This document shows, in pieces, positions 42,112-49,870 of a stretch of 64,000 nt of DNA. The DNA is from Mycobacteriales bacterium (GTDB lineage Bacteria; Actinomycetota; Actinomycetes; Mycobacteriales; SCTD01). Below the pieces are notes generated by a model. That model saw only the letters and a program-made list of their open reading frames with translations, was not told the origin of the DNA and did no database searches. The stretch lies in NCBI GenBank assembly GCA_030697205.1, contig JAUYQP010000037.1:5228-69227 (forward strand). The letters are read 5' to 3'. A program made the position numbers and the translations under genes. Position 1 is the stretch's first letter. Every line of letters begins with the position of its first letter.

Positions 42112-43185
42112 ATGAACGCCACGCCGGCGTTCTCTGGGTCGATGCGCCTGAGCGACGGCGTCGCCCTCGTCATGCTCGCCGGGGAGATCGACGTCGAGGG
42201 CGCGGCGCTCGTGGGCACGCTGCTGCAGCAGGCCGTCGCGACCGGCGCGCCGTCCGTCATCGTCGACATGGCGCTGGTGTCGTTCTGCGACGCCAGGGGG
42301 CTCGGGCAGCTCGTGCACACCAGCAACGAGCTGCAGTCCCTCGACTCGCAGCTCTCGATCCGCGCTGCCTCGGCGAGCCTACGCAGGCTCTTCGCGCTCA
42401 CCGGGCTCACCGGAGCTCTCCATGTCGAGGCCAGCACCGCCGAGGAGGGTCGGCTCGCCACCGACCTGGCGACGGCCGCCCGCACCACCCTGACCCGCAG
42501 CCTGCTGGACGCCTCGCTCCGGCTCGTAGTTGTCATGAGCCAGGCCGTGATGAGAGGCGCAGACGGCGTCAGCATCACGCTCCCCCGTGACGGGGAGCTC
42601 CGCACGGTCGCTGCGAGCAACGACGTGGTGCTGCAGATGGACCACGACCAGTACGACACGGGCGAGGGTCCGTGCCTCGACGCGGCGACCCACGGGGAGC
42701 TGTTCAGCGCCAAGGACCTCGAGTCGGAGCCGCGGTGGCCGCTGTTCGTGCCCCGCGCCCGTTCCCACGGCATCGAGAGCATCATGTCGACGCCCCTGAT
42801 GTCGGGCGACCGTCCCCTCGGGGCCCTCAACGTCTACAGCCGCGCGCCGGACGCGCTGGCCTCGCACGAGCAGGAGTGGGCCACGCTGTTCGCCCAGGAG
42901 GCCTCGCGCGTCCTCCTCGCCGCCCATCCGACCGCGACCGTCGACTCCGTCGACGCGGATCTTCGCGAGGCGCTGCGCTCCCGTGAGGTCATCGCCCTTG
43001 CCCAGGGCATCATCATGGGCCGCCGACGACTGCAGCCCGACGAGGCGTACCGCGTCCTGACCGAGATCAGCAGGCAGACCAGCAAGCCGTTGCTCCACGT
43101 GTGCACGGAGGTCATCAGCACGACGGCACCGGACCCGGTGCAGCCCGACCCCGGTCCTGCCTACCAGCAGGGAGAAGGGTCGTGA
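42112..43185 (+). CDS. STAS-GAF-ANTAR three-domain protein
   Basis: N-terminal SpoIIAA-like STAS domain (VIVDMALVSFCDARGLG), a GAF domain, and ANTAR (LRSREVIALAQGIIMGRRRLQPDEAYRVL). Confidence 0.85.
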   Translation: MNATPAFSGSMRLSDGVALVMLAGEIDVEGAALVGTLLQQAVATGAPSVIVDMALVSFCDARGLGQLVHTSNELQSLDSQLSIRAASASLRRLFALTGLTGALHVEASTAEEGRLATDLATAARTTLTRSLLDASLRLVVVMSQAVMRGADGVSITLPRDGELRTVAASNDVVLQMDHDQYDTGEGPCLDAATHGELFSAKDLESEPRWPLFVPRARSHGIESIMSTPLMSGDRPLGALNVYSRAPDALASHEQEWATLFAQEASRVLLAAHPTATVDSVDADLREALRSREVIALAQGIIMGRRRLQPDEAYRVLTEISRQTSKPLLHVCTEVISTTAPDPVQPDPGPAYQQGEGS

Positions 43186-43427
43186 GCACCCCGGCTTCCG
43201 GTTCTCTCGACGCTGCACGGCAGGACGCCGGTCTCACCCAGCACGAGCTGTGGATGCGCTACTTCGCCCTCGGCGGCATGGCGCCCGCCTTGGAGCTCGA
43301 GGCCGTCTGCCACGGCGCGATGACCGCCACCGACCCGGAGCGCGACCGCATCGTCCACGCCCTCAACGAGCGCTTCACCGAGCTGGGGCGCAACCATCCG
43401 ATCCCCTACTCCGAGGACCCCGGGTAG
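43182..43427 (+). CDS. small hypothetical protein (81 aa) translationally coupled to the STAS-GAF-ANTAR gene
   Basis: GTG 43182 overlaps the upstream TGA (GTGA) and is preceded by GGAGAAGG. The composition is coding-like, but I recognise no family. Confidence 0.5.
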   Translation: MSTPASGSLDAARQDAGLTQHELWMRYFALGGMAPALELEAVCHGAMTATDPERDRIVHALNERFTELGRNHPIPYSEDPG

Positions 43428-43513
43428 GAGCGAGACAGACAGGTGCGCCGTGAGGACGCCCATCGCGCTGACTGCTCCGACTCACTCTGCCCGCCGTACG
43501 GCATGCTCGCGCG

Positions 43514-44389
43514 ATGAACGACTCCGCGCTCATCAGCGTCGGCCTGCCGATCGCCCTTGCCATCATCATGTTCGGCCTAGGCCTGTCCCTGACACCCGAC
43601 GACTTCCGCCGGGTGGCGCGGACACCGCGCGCGGTCGCCGTGGCGCTCGTGCTGCAGGTGCTGGTCCTCCCAGCGGTCGCGTTCGGCCTCGTCAAGGCCT
43701 TCGACCTCGACCCGCTGCTCGCCGTCGGCGTCATGTTGCTCGCAGCGTCACCCGGCGGGACGACCGCCAACCTCTTCAGCCACCTGTTCCGCGGGGACGT
43801 GGCTCTCAACATCACCCTCACGGCGATCAACTCGGTGCTCGCCGCCATCTCCATCCCGGTCATCACCAACCTGGCGATCTCGCACTTCGACGCCGAGGGC
43901 GACCTCGGCCTGCAACTCGGCAAGGTGCTCCAGGTCATCGCCATCGTGCTGGTCCCCGTAGCGGCCGGCATGGTCGTCCGCTCCCGCTCGGAGTCCTTCG
44001 CCAGCAAGGCCGACCGCCCCGTGAGGGTCTTCTCCATCGTCGTGCTGGCGCTGGTCTCCACGGGCGCGCTGCTCGGGGAGCGCGACAACCTCGTCGACTA
44101 CGCGCAGCAGGTCGGCCTCGTCACGGGGCTGTTCTGCGCGATCAGCCTGCTGCTCGGCTACACCGGAGCCCGTGTCATGCGGCTCGACGAGCGGCAGGCC
44201 ATCGCCTGCTCCATGGAGGTAGGCATCCACAACACGACGATCGCGCTGACCATCGCGCTGTCCGTGCTGGACAGCACGGAGGTGGCCATCCCCAGCGCGG
44301 TCTACTCCGTGGTGATGTACGTCCTCGCGACCGCCTTCGGCTACACGATCACCAGGGGGCGGCGGGCCAGCACGCTTGCTCAGGGCTGA
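43514..44389 (+). CDS. bile acid:sodium symporter (BASS/SBF) family transporter
   Basis: GLGLSLTPDDF ... ASPGGTTANLFS are typical SBF blocks. Confidence 0.9.
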   Translation: MNDSALISVGLPIALAIIMFGLGLSLTPDDFRRVARTPRAVAVALVLQVLVLPAVAFGLVKAFDLDPLLAVGVMLLAASPGGTTANLFSHLFRGDVALNITLTAINSVLAAISIPVITNLAISHFDAEGDLGLQLGKVLQVIAIVLVPVAAGMVVRSRSESFASKADRPVRVFSIVVLALVSTGALLGERDNLVDYAQQVGLVTGLFCAISLLLGYTGARVMRLDERQAIACSMEVGIHNTTIALTIALSVLDSTEVAIPSAVYSVVMYVLATAFGYTITRGRRASTLAQG

Positions 44390-44404
44390 CGTCGTCAGGC
44401 CTCG

Positions 44405-45322
44405 TCAGCCGTGCAGCGACGGGTCCACCCCGAGGAGGTCCGCCACCTCGTGCGCCTGTCGCACGTCGGAGCTCGTCGGGATGAGGTGCACCTCGTCGGC
44501 TCCCGCGTCCGCAAAGCGGAGCAGCACGTCCCGCAGCTGCGCCGCAGTCCCCGCGAAGCCGGTCGTCGGGGCCATCGCGTCGACCAGGGACAGCGGCAGC
44601 CAGTCCATGTAGTGCCGCAGGTGCCGGTGCACCTGAGCGCGCGCCCTCCCGTCCCCGTCGTCGAGGGCGAACCAGAAGGACGTCGTGAGCAGCGGCGCGG
44701 AGCGCCCCGCTTCCTGCCACGACGTCCTGGCCAGCGCGAAGAGGTCGGCCGCCGCGACGGTGTCGAGGTCCAGCGTCACGCCCGCCAATCCGTCCGCCCA
44801 GGAGCCGGCGTCGCGCAGCGTCCTGGGACCCATCGTCCCCACCAGCACGGGCGGTCCGCCGTGCTGGACCGGCGGTGGCCCGATGGGAGGCACGCCCTCC
44901 ACGAGGGAGCGGCCCGCCCACACCCCGCGCAGCTCGAGGACCCGCTCGCGCATGCCCCGGATCGTCTGCGTCGACGGGTCGGCGCCGGCCGCGAGGTAGT
45001 CCTGTTGGCGCCCGCCGACCCCGACGCCGACGGTGAGCCGCCCCGCGCAGAGCTGGTCAGCCGTCGCGAGCGCCTTGGCGAGCAGCGGTGCCTCGTGCAG
45101 CTGAGGCACCACCACCGTGAGGACCAGACGCGCACGGCGGGTCCACGCCGACACCGCGCCGAGCAGGGTCAGCGCGTCTGGGTTTGCGAAGGCGATTCGC
45201 TCGCCGAAGCACAGCGAGGAGAAGGGGCCGTCGTCCACGACCCGGGCCCACTCCTCGAGGGTCGCGCTCCCGCGGTCCCACAGGTCCGGCTCCATCACCG
45301 GCAGCGTCATCCCCACGTGCAT
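44405..45322 (-). CDS. LLM-class flavin-dependent (luciferase-like) oxidoreductase
   Basis: TIM-barrel LLM blocks (GRLTVGVGVGG; DEVHLIP). Start at ATG 45322; the upstream part of the track ORF is non-homologous. Confidence 0.85.
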   Translation of the reverse strand: MHVGMTLPVMEPDLWDRGSATLEEWARVVDDGPFSSLCFGERIAFANPDALTLLGAVSAWTRRARLVLTVVVPQLHEAPLLAKALATADQLCAGRLTVGVGVGGRQQDYLAAGADPSTQTIRGMRERVLELRGVWAGRSLVEGVPPIGPPPVQHGGPPVLVGTMGPRTLRDAGSWADGLAGVTLDLDTVAAADLFALARTSWQEAGRSAPLLTTSFWFALDDGDGRARAQVHRHLRHYMDWLPLSLVDAMAPTTGFAGTAAQLRDVLLRFADAGADEVHLIPTSSDVRQAHEVADLLGVDPSLHG

Positions 45323-45709
45323 GAGGCAACCTAGCCCCAGATCGTCGGGGAGCTCACCTCGGCGTGGGAGGAGTCGAGCACTACTCGGCCGGCCTGTCGC
45401 GGTTCCACCACCCGACCGGTCCCGGCTCCGCAGCGAAAACCGGAACGGAACCACGAAAGACTCAGGGCGCATGAGGTCGAGGTCACAGGCCCTGGTCACA
45501 CGGGTGAAGCTGAGGGGACGCGAACCTCTGACCCCCAGACTGCCAGGCGGGCTTGTCCGCAGAGTCTGGTGCTGTCGGGGCCTGAGCTCAAGCGTGATCC
45601 GCCATCCGTCGAACGGTCCGCGGATGTCTCGGGCTGTCGAGTGTTGGCGGTCCGGGCTACTTCGCGAGCTGACCTGACGACTCGCGCAGGTGCGAGGATC
45701 TGCCGCGCC

Positions 45710-46163
45710 TCAGACTGCGGCGGTCGGGAACCCCAGCGTCATCCAGTCGTGCAGCCCGCCCCGGTAGTACCGCAAGCGGTCAGGCTTCGACGCCCGCAGC
45801 CACCAGCGACCGCAGCGCATCGGGCGTCTGTGGGCACTGCGGTCCGTTGCAGAACAGCACGACCACGTCCGCTTGAAGCTCCCCACGGCGTTCGGCGACC
45901 TCGTCGTGCGGGACATTCACGGCACCTGGCAGCGACACCCCGCTGCGGGAATCCGGCACGCGGGAGTCGACCAGCAGAGCGCCGCCGTCCACCAAGGCAA
46001 TCAGCTCGAGCTCTCCGACGGCCACGACACCGGGCACCGGCTCCAGGGGCTGGACCTCGCCCCACGTGGTGTCCACGACCAAAAGGTCCGCTTTCCCCTC
46101 TGACCGCGGCACGTTCTGCGGGTCCTTTTGCCGCGTTCGAGCCGCTCGGCTGATGCTGGTCAT
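45710..46163 (-). pseudogene. rhodanese-domain sulfurtransferase interrupted by a +1 frameshift near its 3' end
   Basis: The 45780-46163 frame carries the active-site loop FCNGPQC and stops at ...AAGVEA*. The conserved C-terminus RLRYYRGGLHDWMTLGFP continues in the next frame to 45710. Confidence 0.62.
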
Positions 46164-46717
46164 GACGACGGCCTTCCCTCACCAGACCCTACCCACGCCT
46201 CCGCGCCGTGGCAGGGGTGCGGCGCCGCGGCAAAGATTCAGGGAGACCAGCGCCAACGTTCATCAGCACGGTGCACGCAGCCGAGTGTGTTGCTGCTCGA
46301 GCACCTGGTTGATCGCCGCGACGCGCGCGCCGGGCGGACGGGCGCGGCTGAGCGCGCACAGCCCGTGGACCAAGGCCTGCCCCGGCACGCCGAGCCCCGG
46401 AGCGAGCTCGGCCAGCCACTCCCGGATGCCGCGGCCCTGGGACACCAGGGGCCGCTCGGCCTCTCGAGCGCCGCGGTGCGCGTGGACGGACGACTGAGAC
46501 CGAAGGTGTGCGTCGGCCCCGCTACTACCAGCAGCGCAAGGCCCGCCGGCATGGTCGTCGGCGCGGACGAGACCTCGACTGCCTTGACGCCCACACCACG
46601 TCTCATTCCCTCGGCGATCGCGCAGGCGATCCGCTCTGTGCTGCCGAACATCGACTCGTAGACGACCAGTGCAGTACCCGACGCCGCAGTCCCGTTGCTG
46701 GACCTCGCTCCTGACAC
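46160..46717 (-). pseudogene. flavodoxin-like protein gene with multiple frameshifts
   Basis: The N-terminus (LVVYESMFGSTERIA...VVAGPTHTFGLSRPSTR) is in one frame. The GIREWLAEL...PPGARVAA segment is in a second frame and PES in a third. The tail returns to the first frame, ending in a TGA that overlaps the rhodanese ATG. Confidence 0.58.
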
Positions 46718-46738
46718 CGCAGGGAGATCAGGGGACGT

Positions 46739-48541
46739 CTACGGATGCTCACCGCCCGGGACAACGTCGACGGCCGCGTCCACGGCCCCGACACGAGTGC
46801 CGACACCGCCAAGGAGTGCGGCCTGCTCGAGGAGCTCTTCCGCATGCGCCTCGTCGTTCGGTGACTCAGGCAGCTCGTGGCGGTGCCGGGCGACGTGCTG
46901 GCGGGCGTGAGCCAGGGCCTCCGCGAGCGTCTCGAAGACGTGGTTGCGGGCCGCGACCGGCGCGAGCGTCCCGACGGCGTGGAGCAGCCGGGTGTGGTCG
47001 GGGCTGGCGCCCTTGAGCAGGACGGTGATCCCGCGTTCGTGGAGCTGCTCGGCGACCTCGCCGAGGGCGCGGGCACCGGTCGCGTCGAGCATGCCGACGC
47101 CGGACAGGCGCAGGATCACGACGCGGACATCGGCAACGGCCGTGATCTGGGCGAGGAAGCGGGCGGATGCGGCGAAGAACAGCGGCCCGTCGATGCGGTA
47201 CGTCAGCACGTGGGCAGCGAGAAGAGCGTGCTCGGCGGCGTCGTCGATCCCGTCGTCGGCGAGCGGCTCGGGGACTGCCTGGGCCGTCTCGGCGAGGTGG
47301 GCAAGGGCCAGGACGGCGGCGAGGGCGAGTCCGAGCACGATCGCCGCGATGAGGTCGAGCGCGATCGTGGCAACGGCGGTGAGGGCGAACACCGCGGTGT
47401 CGCCGCGGGTGGACCTCAGGACCGCCCGGACGTTGTGGCGTTCGACCATGCGCCAGGCCGTGACCATGAGGACGCCCGCGAGCGCGGCGAGTGGGATGCG
47501 GGAGACGAGCCCTGACCCGGCGTAGACGACGGCGGCCAGCACCAGCGCGCTCACGATCGCGGCGACGCGGGTGTGCGCGCCGGCGCGGGCGTTCACCGCG
47601 GTCCGGGCGATCGCGCCGGTCGCGGGCATCCCGCCGCACAGCCCTGACGCGACGTTGGCCAGTCCCTGGCCGAACAGCTCGCGATCCGGGTCGTGCCGGG
47701 GCGCGTCGCTCATGCCGTCCGCGACCTTGGCCGACAGCAGGCTCTCGAGCCCGGCGAGGAAGGCGACGACCACCGCCGGGCCGAGCAACGAGGCCAGGCC
47801 GGTCAGGTCGGGCAGGGCGGGCAGCGGAAGTGACGACGGGAGCGCGCCGATCCGGGCGGCGTCGACGCCGGCGGTCTCGGCGACAAAGGTGGCCACGACG
47901 ACCGCGATCAGGCTCGCCGGGAGCGACCGGTGCAGCCGAGGCAGCCCCGCGGTCACGAGGAGGGACAGCGCGAGCAGCCCCAGGACGGGCCAACGCGGGT
48001 CGTCGGCGAACCGCACTGCGGCGACGACCGCCGCGGAGGCGGCGTTGTCGACGTCGGGCTGGGCCACGCCCAGGGCGTTCGGGACCTGCTGCGCGGCGAT
48101 GACCACGGCGATCCCGACAGTGAACCCCTCGATCAGCGGCCACGGGATGTAGGCCAGGAGCCGCCCGAATCGCAGGGCCGCCGCCACGATGACGAACAGC
48201 CCAGCCAGCACCGCGACCGGGTAGACGACCTCGGGACCGCGGGAGGCCACCAGCGGCACCAGGACCACCGTCATCGCGCCCGTCGGACCCGAGACCTGCA
48301 GGTGCGAGCCGCCGAAGACTGCGGCGACCACCCCGGCGACGACAGCAGTGATGAGCCCGGCCGCTGCCCCGACGCCCGTCGCGACGCCGAATGCGAGGGC
48401 GAGCGGGAGCGCCACGATGCCGACGGTCAACCCCGCCGCCAGGTCGCGAGGCCACGACCGGCGCAGCCCGCGGTAGTCGGAGCAGCGTGGCAGCAGTGCG
48501 CGCAGCCGGCGCAGCGCGCGCCGGACCGCGGGCCGAGTCAC
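46739..48541 (-). CDS. SulP family inorganic anion transporter with C-terminal STAS domain
   Basis: DLAAGLTVGIVALPLALAF... SulP core followed by STAS (VVILRLSGVGMLDATG). GTGA overlap with the ArsR gene. Confidence 0.92.
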   Translation of the reverse strand: MTRPAVRRALRRLRALLPRCSDYRGLRRSWPRDLAAGLTVGIVALPLALAFGVATGVGAAAGLITAVVAGVVAAVFGGSHLQVSGPTGAMTVVLVPLVASRGPEVVYPVAVLAGLFVIVAAALRFGRLLAYIPWPLIEGFTVGIAVVIAAQQVPNALGVAQPDVDNAASAAVVAAVRFADDPRWPVLGLLALSLLVTAGLPRLHRSLPASLIAVVVATFVAETAGVDAARIGALPSSLPLPALPDLTGLASLLGPAVVVAFLAGLESLLSAKVADGMSDAPRHDPDRELFGQGLANVASGLCGGMPATGAIARTAVNARAGAHTRVAAIVSALVLAAVVYAGSGLVSRIPLAALAGVLMVTAWRMVERHNVRAVLRSTRGDTAVFALTAVATIALDLIAAIVLGLALAAVLALAHLAETAQAVPEPLADDGIDDAAEHALLAAHVLTYRIDGPLFFAASARFLAQITAVADVRVVILRLSGVGMLDATGARALGEVAEQLHERGITVLLKGASPDHTRLLHAVGTLAPVAARNHVFETLAEALAHARQHVARHRHELPESPNDEAHAEELLEQAALLGGVGTRVGAVDAAVDVVPGGEHP

Positions 48542-48912
48542 GGCAGGGCCCGCCCGGCGGCAGCCACTGCGTCGTCGGCGCCGTCGAGCGCCGCCAGTAG
48601 CGCCTGGCCGTGTCGGGCGTTCGCGCCGATGAGCCGACGAGCAACGGCCAGGAGCTCGGCGGTCTGCTGGTCCCGCAGCGAGCAGATCACCGTTGTGCGG
48701 ATCCGGTGGCTGTCGACGATCCCGGCGCGGCGTAGCACGCTCAGGTGTTGGGACAGGTGGCTGAGCTCGAGCCCGGCCTGCTCGGCGAGCTCACCGACAG
48801 TGCTGTCACCCTCCGCGAGCAGCTCCAGGACGCGGACCCGCGCCGGATGCGCCAAGGCCTTGAACAGCTCGGCCTTCGCATCGGTCAGGGGTCGTCCCGC
48901 GGTGAACGGCAT
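48538..48912 (-). CDS. ArsR/SmtB family transcriptional regulator
   Basis: ELFKALAHPARVRVLELLAEGDSTVGELAEQAGLELSHLSQHLSVLRRAGIV is a winged-HTH region. ATG 48912. Confidence 0.9.
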   Translation of the reverse strand: MPFTAGRPLTDAKAELFKALAHPARVRVLELLAEGDSTVGELAEQAGLELSHLSQHLSVLRRAGIVDSHRIRTTVICSLRDQQTAELLAVARRLIGANARHGQALLAALDGADDAVAAAGRALP

Positions 48913-48928
48913 GCGCTCACTGTCCTCG

Positions 48929-48952
48929 TTACTTGATAGATCTGTCAAATAA
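48929..48952. promoter_or_regulatory. AT-rich imperfect palindrome TTACTTGATAGATCTGTCAAATAA, 17 nt upstream of the ArsR gene
   Basis: 20 of 24 positions are self-complementary around AGA|TCT. It stands out against the GC-rich background. Confidence 0.45.
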
Positions 48953-48990
48953 CGAAGAAGCACCGGAAGCGGTGGGGCAATGGCCGCGGG

Positions 48991-49530
48991 TCAGATGAAC
49001 AACAGCTGAGCCCCTGCGGTCATCTCGATGAAGTCGGAGGCACTGATGATGCCCTCGACGTCGTCGCGCAGGTCGGCGTGGGTGAGCTTGTTCATGTCGG
49101 CCGACAGGCGACAGGCCCACAGGTGACCTCCGGCGGCGACGATCTGGTCCAGGAAGTCGGGGACCTCCGGGACGCCGATGTCGGCGATCTGCTTCTTCAG
49201 CATGTGGGTCGCCATCGCGGTCATGCCCGGCAGAGGTGCCAGGGCCTGCGGAAGGCGGGCGTCCATGCCGGGAAGGTGCATCGCGGCGTTGCCGGCGGGG
49301 CTGAACTGCAGGTCGTTCATCCGTGACTTCGTGATCATGTCGAAGCCCCAGAAGGTGAAGAACACCATGGTCTCGACGCCCTCGCCGAGCGCTGCGTTGG
49401 CGAGGATGAGGCCCGGGTAGGCCATGTCGAGGTTGCCCTTGGAGCAGATGATCGCGAGCTTGCGGTCGGTGCTGCTCTCGTCGTCGTCGAAGTTCGGGAC
49501 GATCGCGGTCGTGGTCTCGGTGATGGTCAT
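48991..49530 (-). CDS. DsrE/DsrF-like sulfur-relay family protein
   Basis: KLAIICSKGNLDMAYPGLILANAAL...FFTFWG. ATG 49530 after GAGGAGAA. Confidence 0.83.
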   Translation of the reverse strand: MTITETTTAIVPNFDDDESSTDRKLAIICSKGNLDMAYPGLILANAALGEGVETMVFFTFWGFDMITKSRMNDLQFSPAGNAAMHLPGMDARLPQALAPLPGMTAMATHMLKKQIADIGVPEVPDFLDQIVAAGGHLWACRLSADMNKLTHADLRDDVEGIISASDFIEMTAGAQLLFI

Positions 49531-49544
49531 GATCTCGTTCTCCT

Positions 49545-49859
49545 CTACACGCATCCGTGCGGCTTGGGCAGACCTGCGATGTAGGCCATCTTCTTGGCCG
49601 GCTTCTTCGGGAACAGCACGAACTGCTCCTTCACGGGAACACCGCCCACGGTCTGCACGCGGCGGGCCGTGGCGGTCTCTCCCTGCGTCGCGAAGTCCTC
49701 GCGCAGGAAGCGGATCACCTTCCAGTGCCCCTCCGTGAGGTCGATGCCGATCTGGTTGGCGAGGACCTTCGCGAGGTCCTCGTCCCACTCGGTGTACTCG
49801 GTCAAGAACCCTTCGTCGTCGACGTGGACCTGGTGACCGTTGAGCTCGGTGACAGGCAT
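49545..49859 (-). CDS. TusE/DsrC family sulfur-relay protein (single C-terminal Cys)
   Basis: EGFL..EWDE...HW.VI.FLR..F... and the C-terminus PKPHGCV. ATG 49859 after AAGGAGA. Confidence 0.87.
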   Translation of the reverse strand: MPVTELNGHQVHVDDEGFLTEYTEWDEDLAKVLANQIGIDLTEGHWKVIRFLREDFATQGETATARRVQTVGGVPVKEQFVLFPKKPAKKMAYIAGLPKPHGCV

Positions 49860-49870
49860 GCTCGTCTCCT

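Noticed and set aside
45503-45535. tRNA gene on the minus strand
   Set aside because: Only a T-arm/acceptor-like 3' half is present. It has a stem mismatch, C instead of the invariant A58, and no D-arm, anticodon arm or complementary 5' acceptor strand within 100 nt. It is kept only as a possible remnant.
46866-48644. 592-aa ORF on the - strand
   Set aside because: It is an alternative frame of the SulP gene with an extreme Arg/Pro/Gly composition. The SulP frame has clear family motifs.
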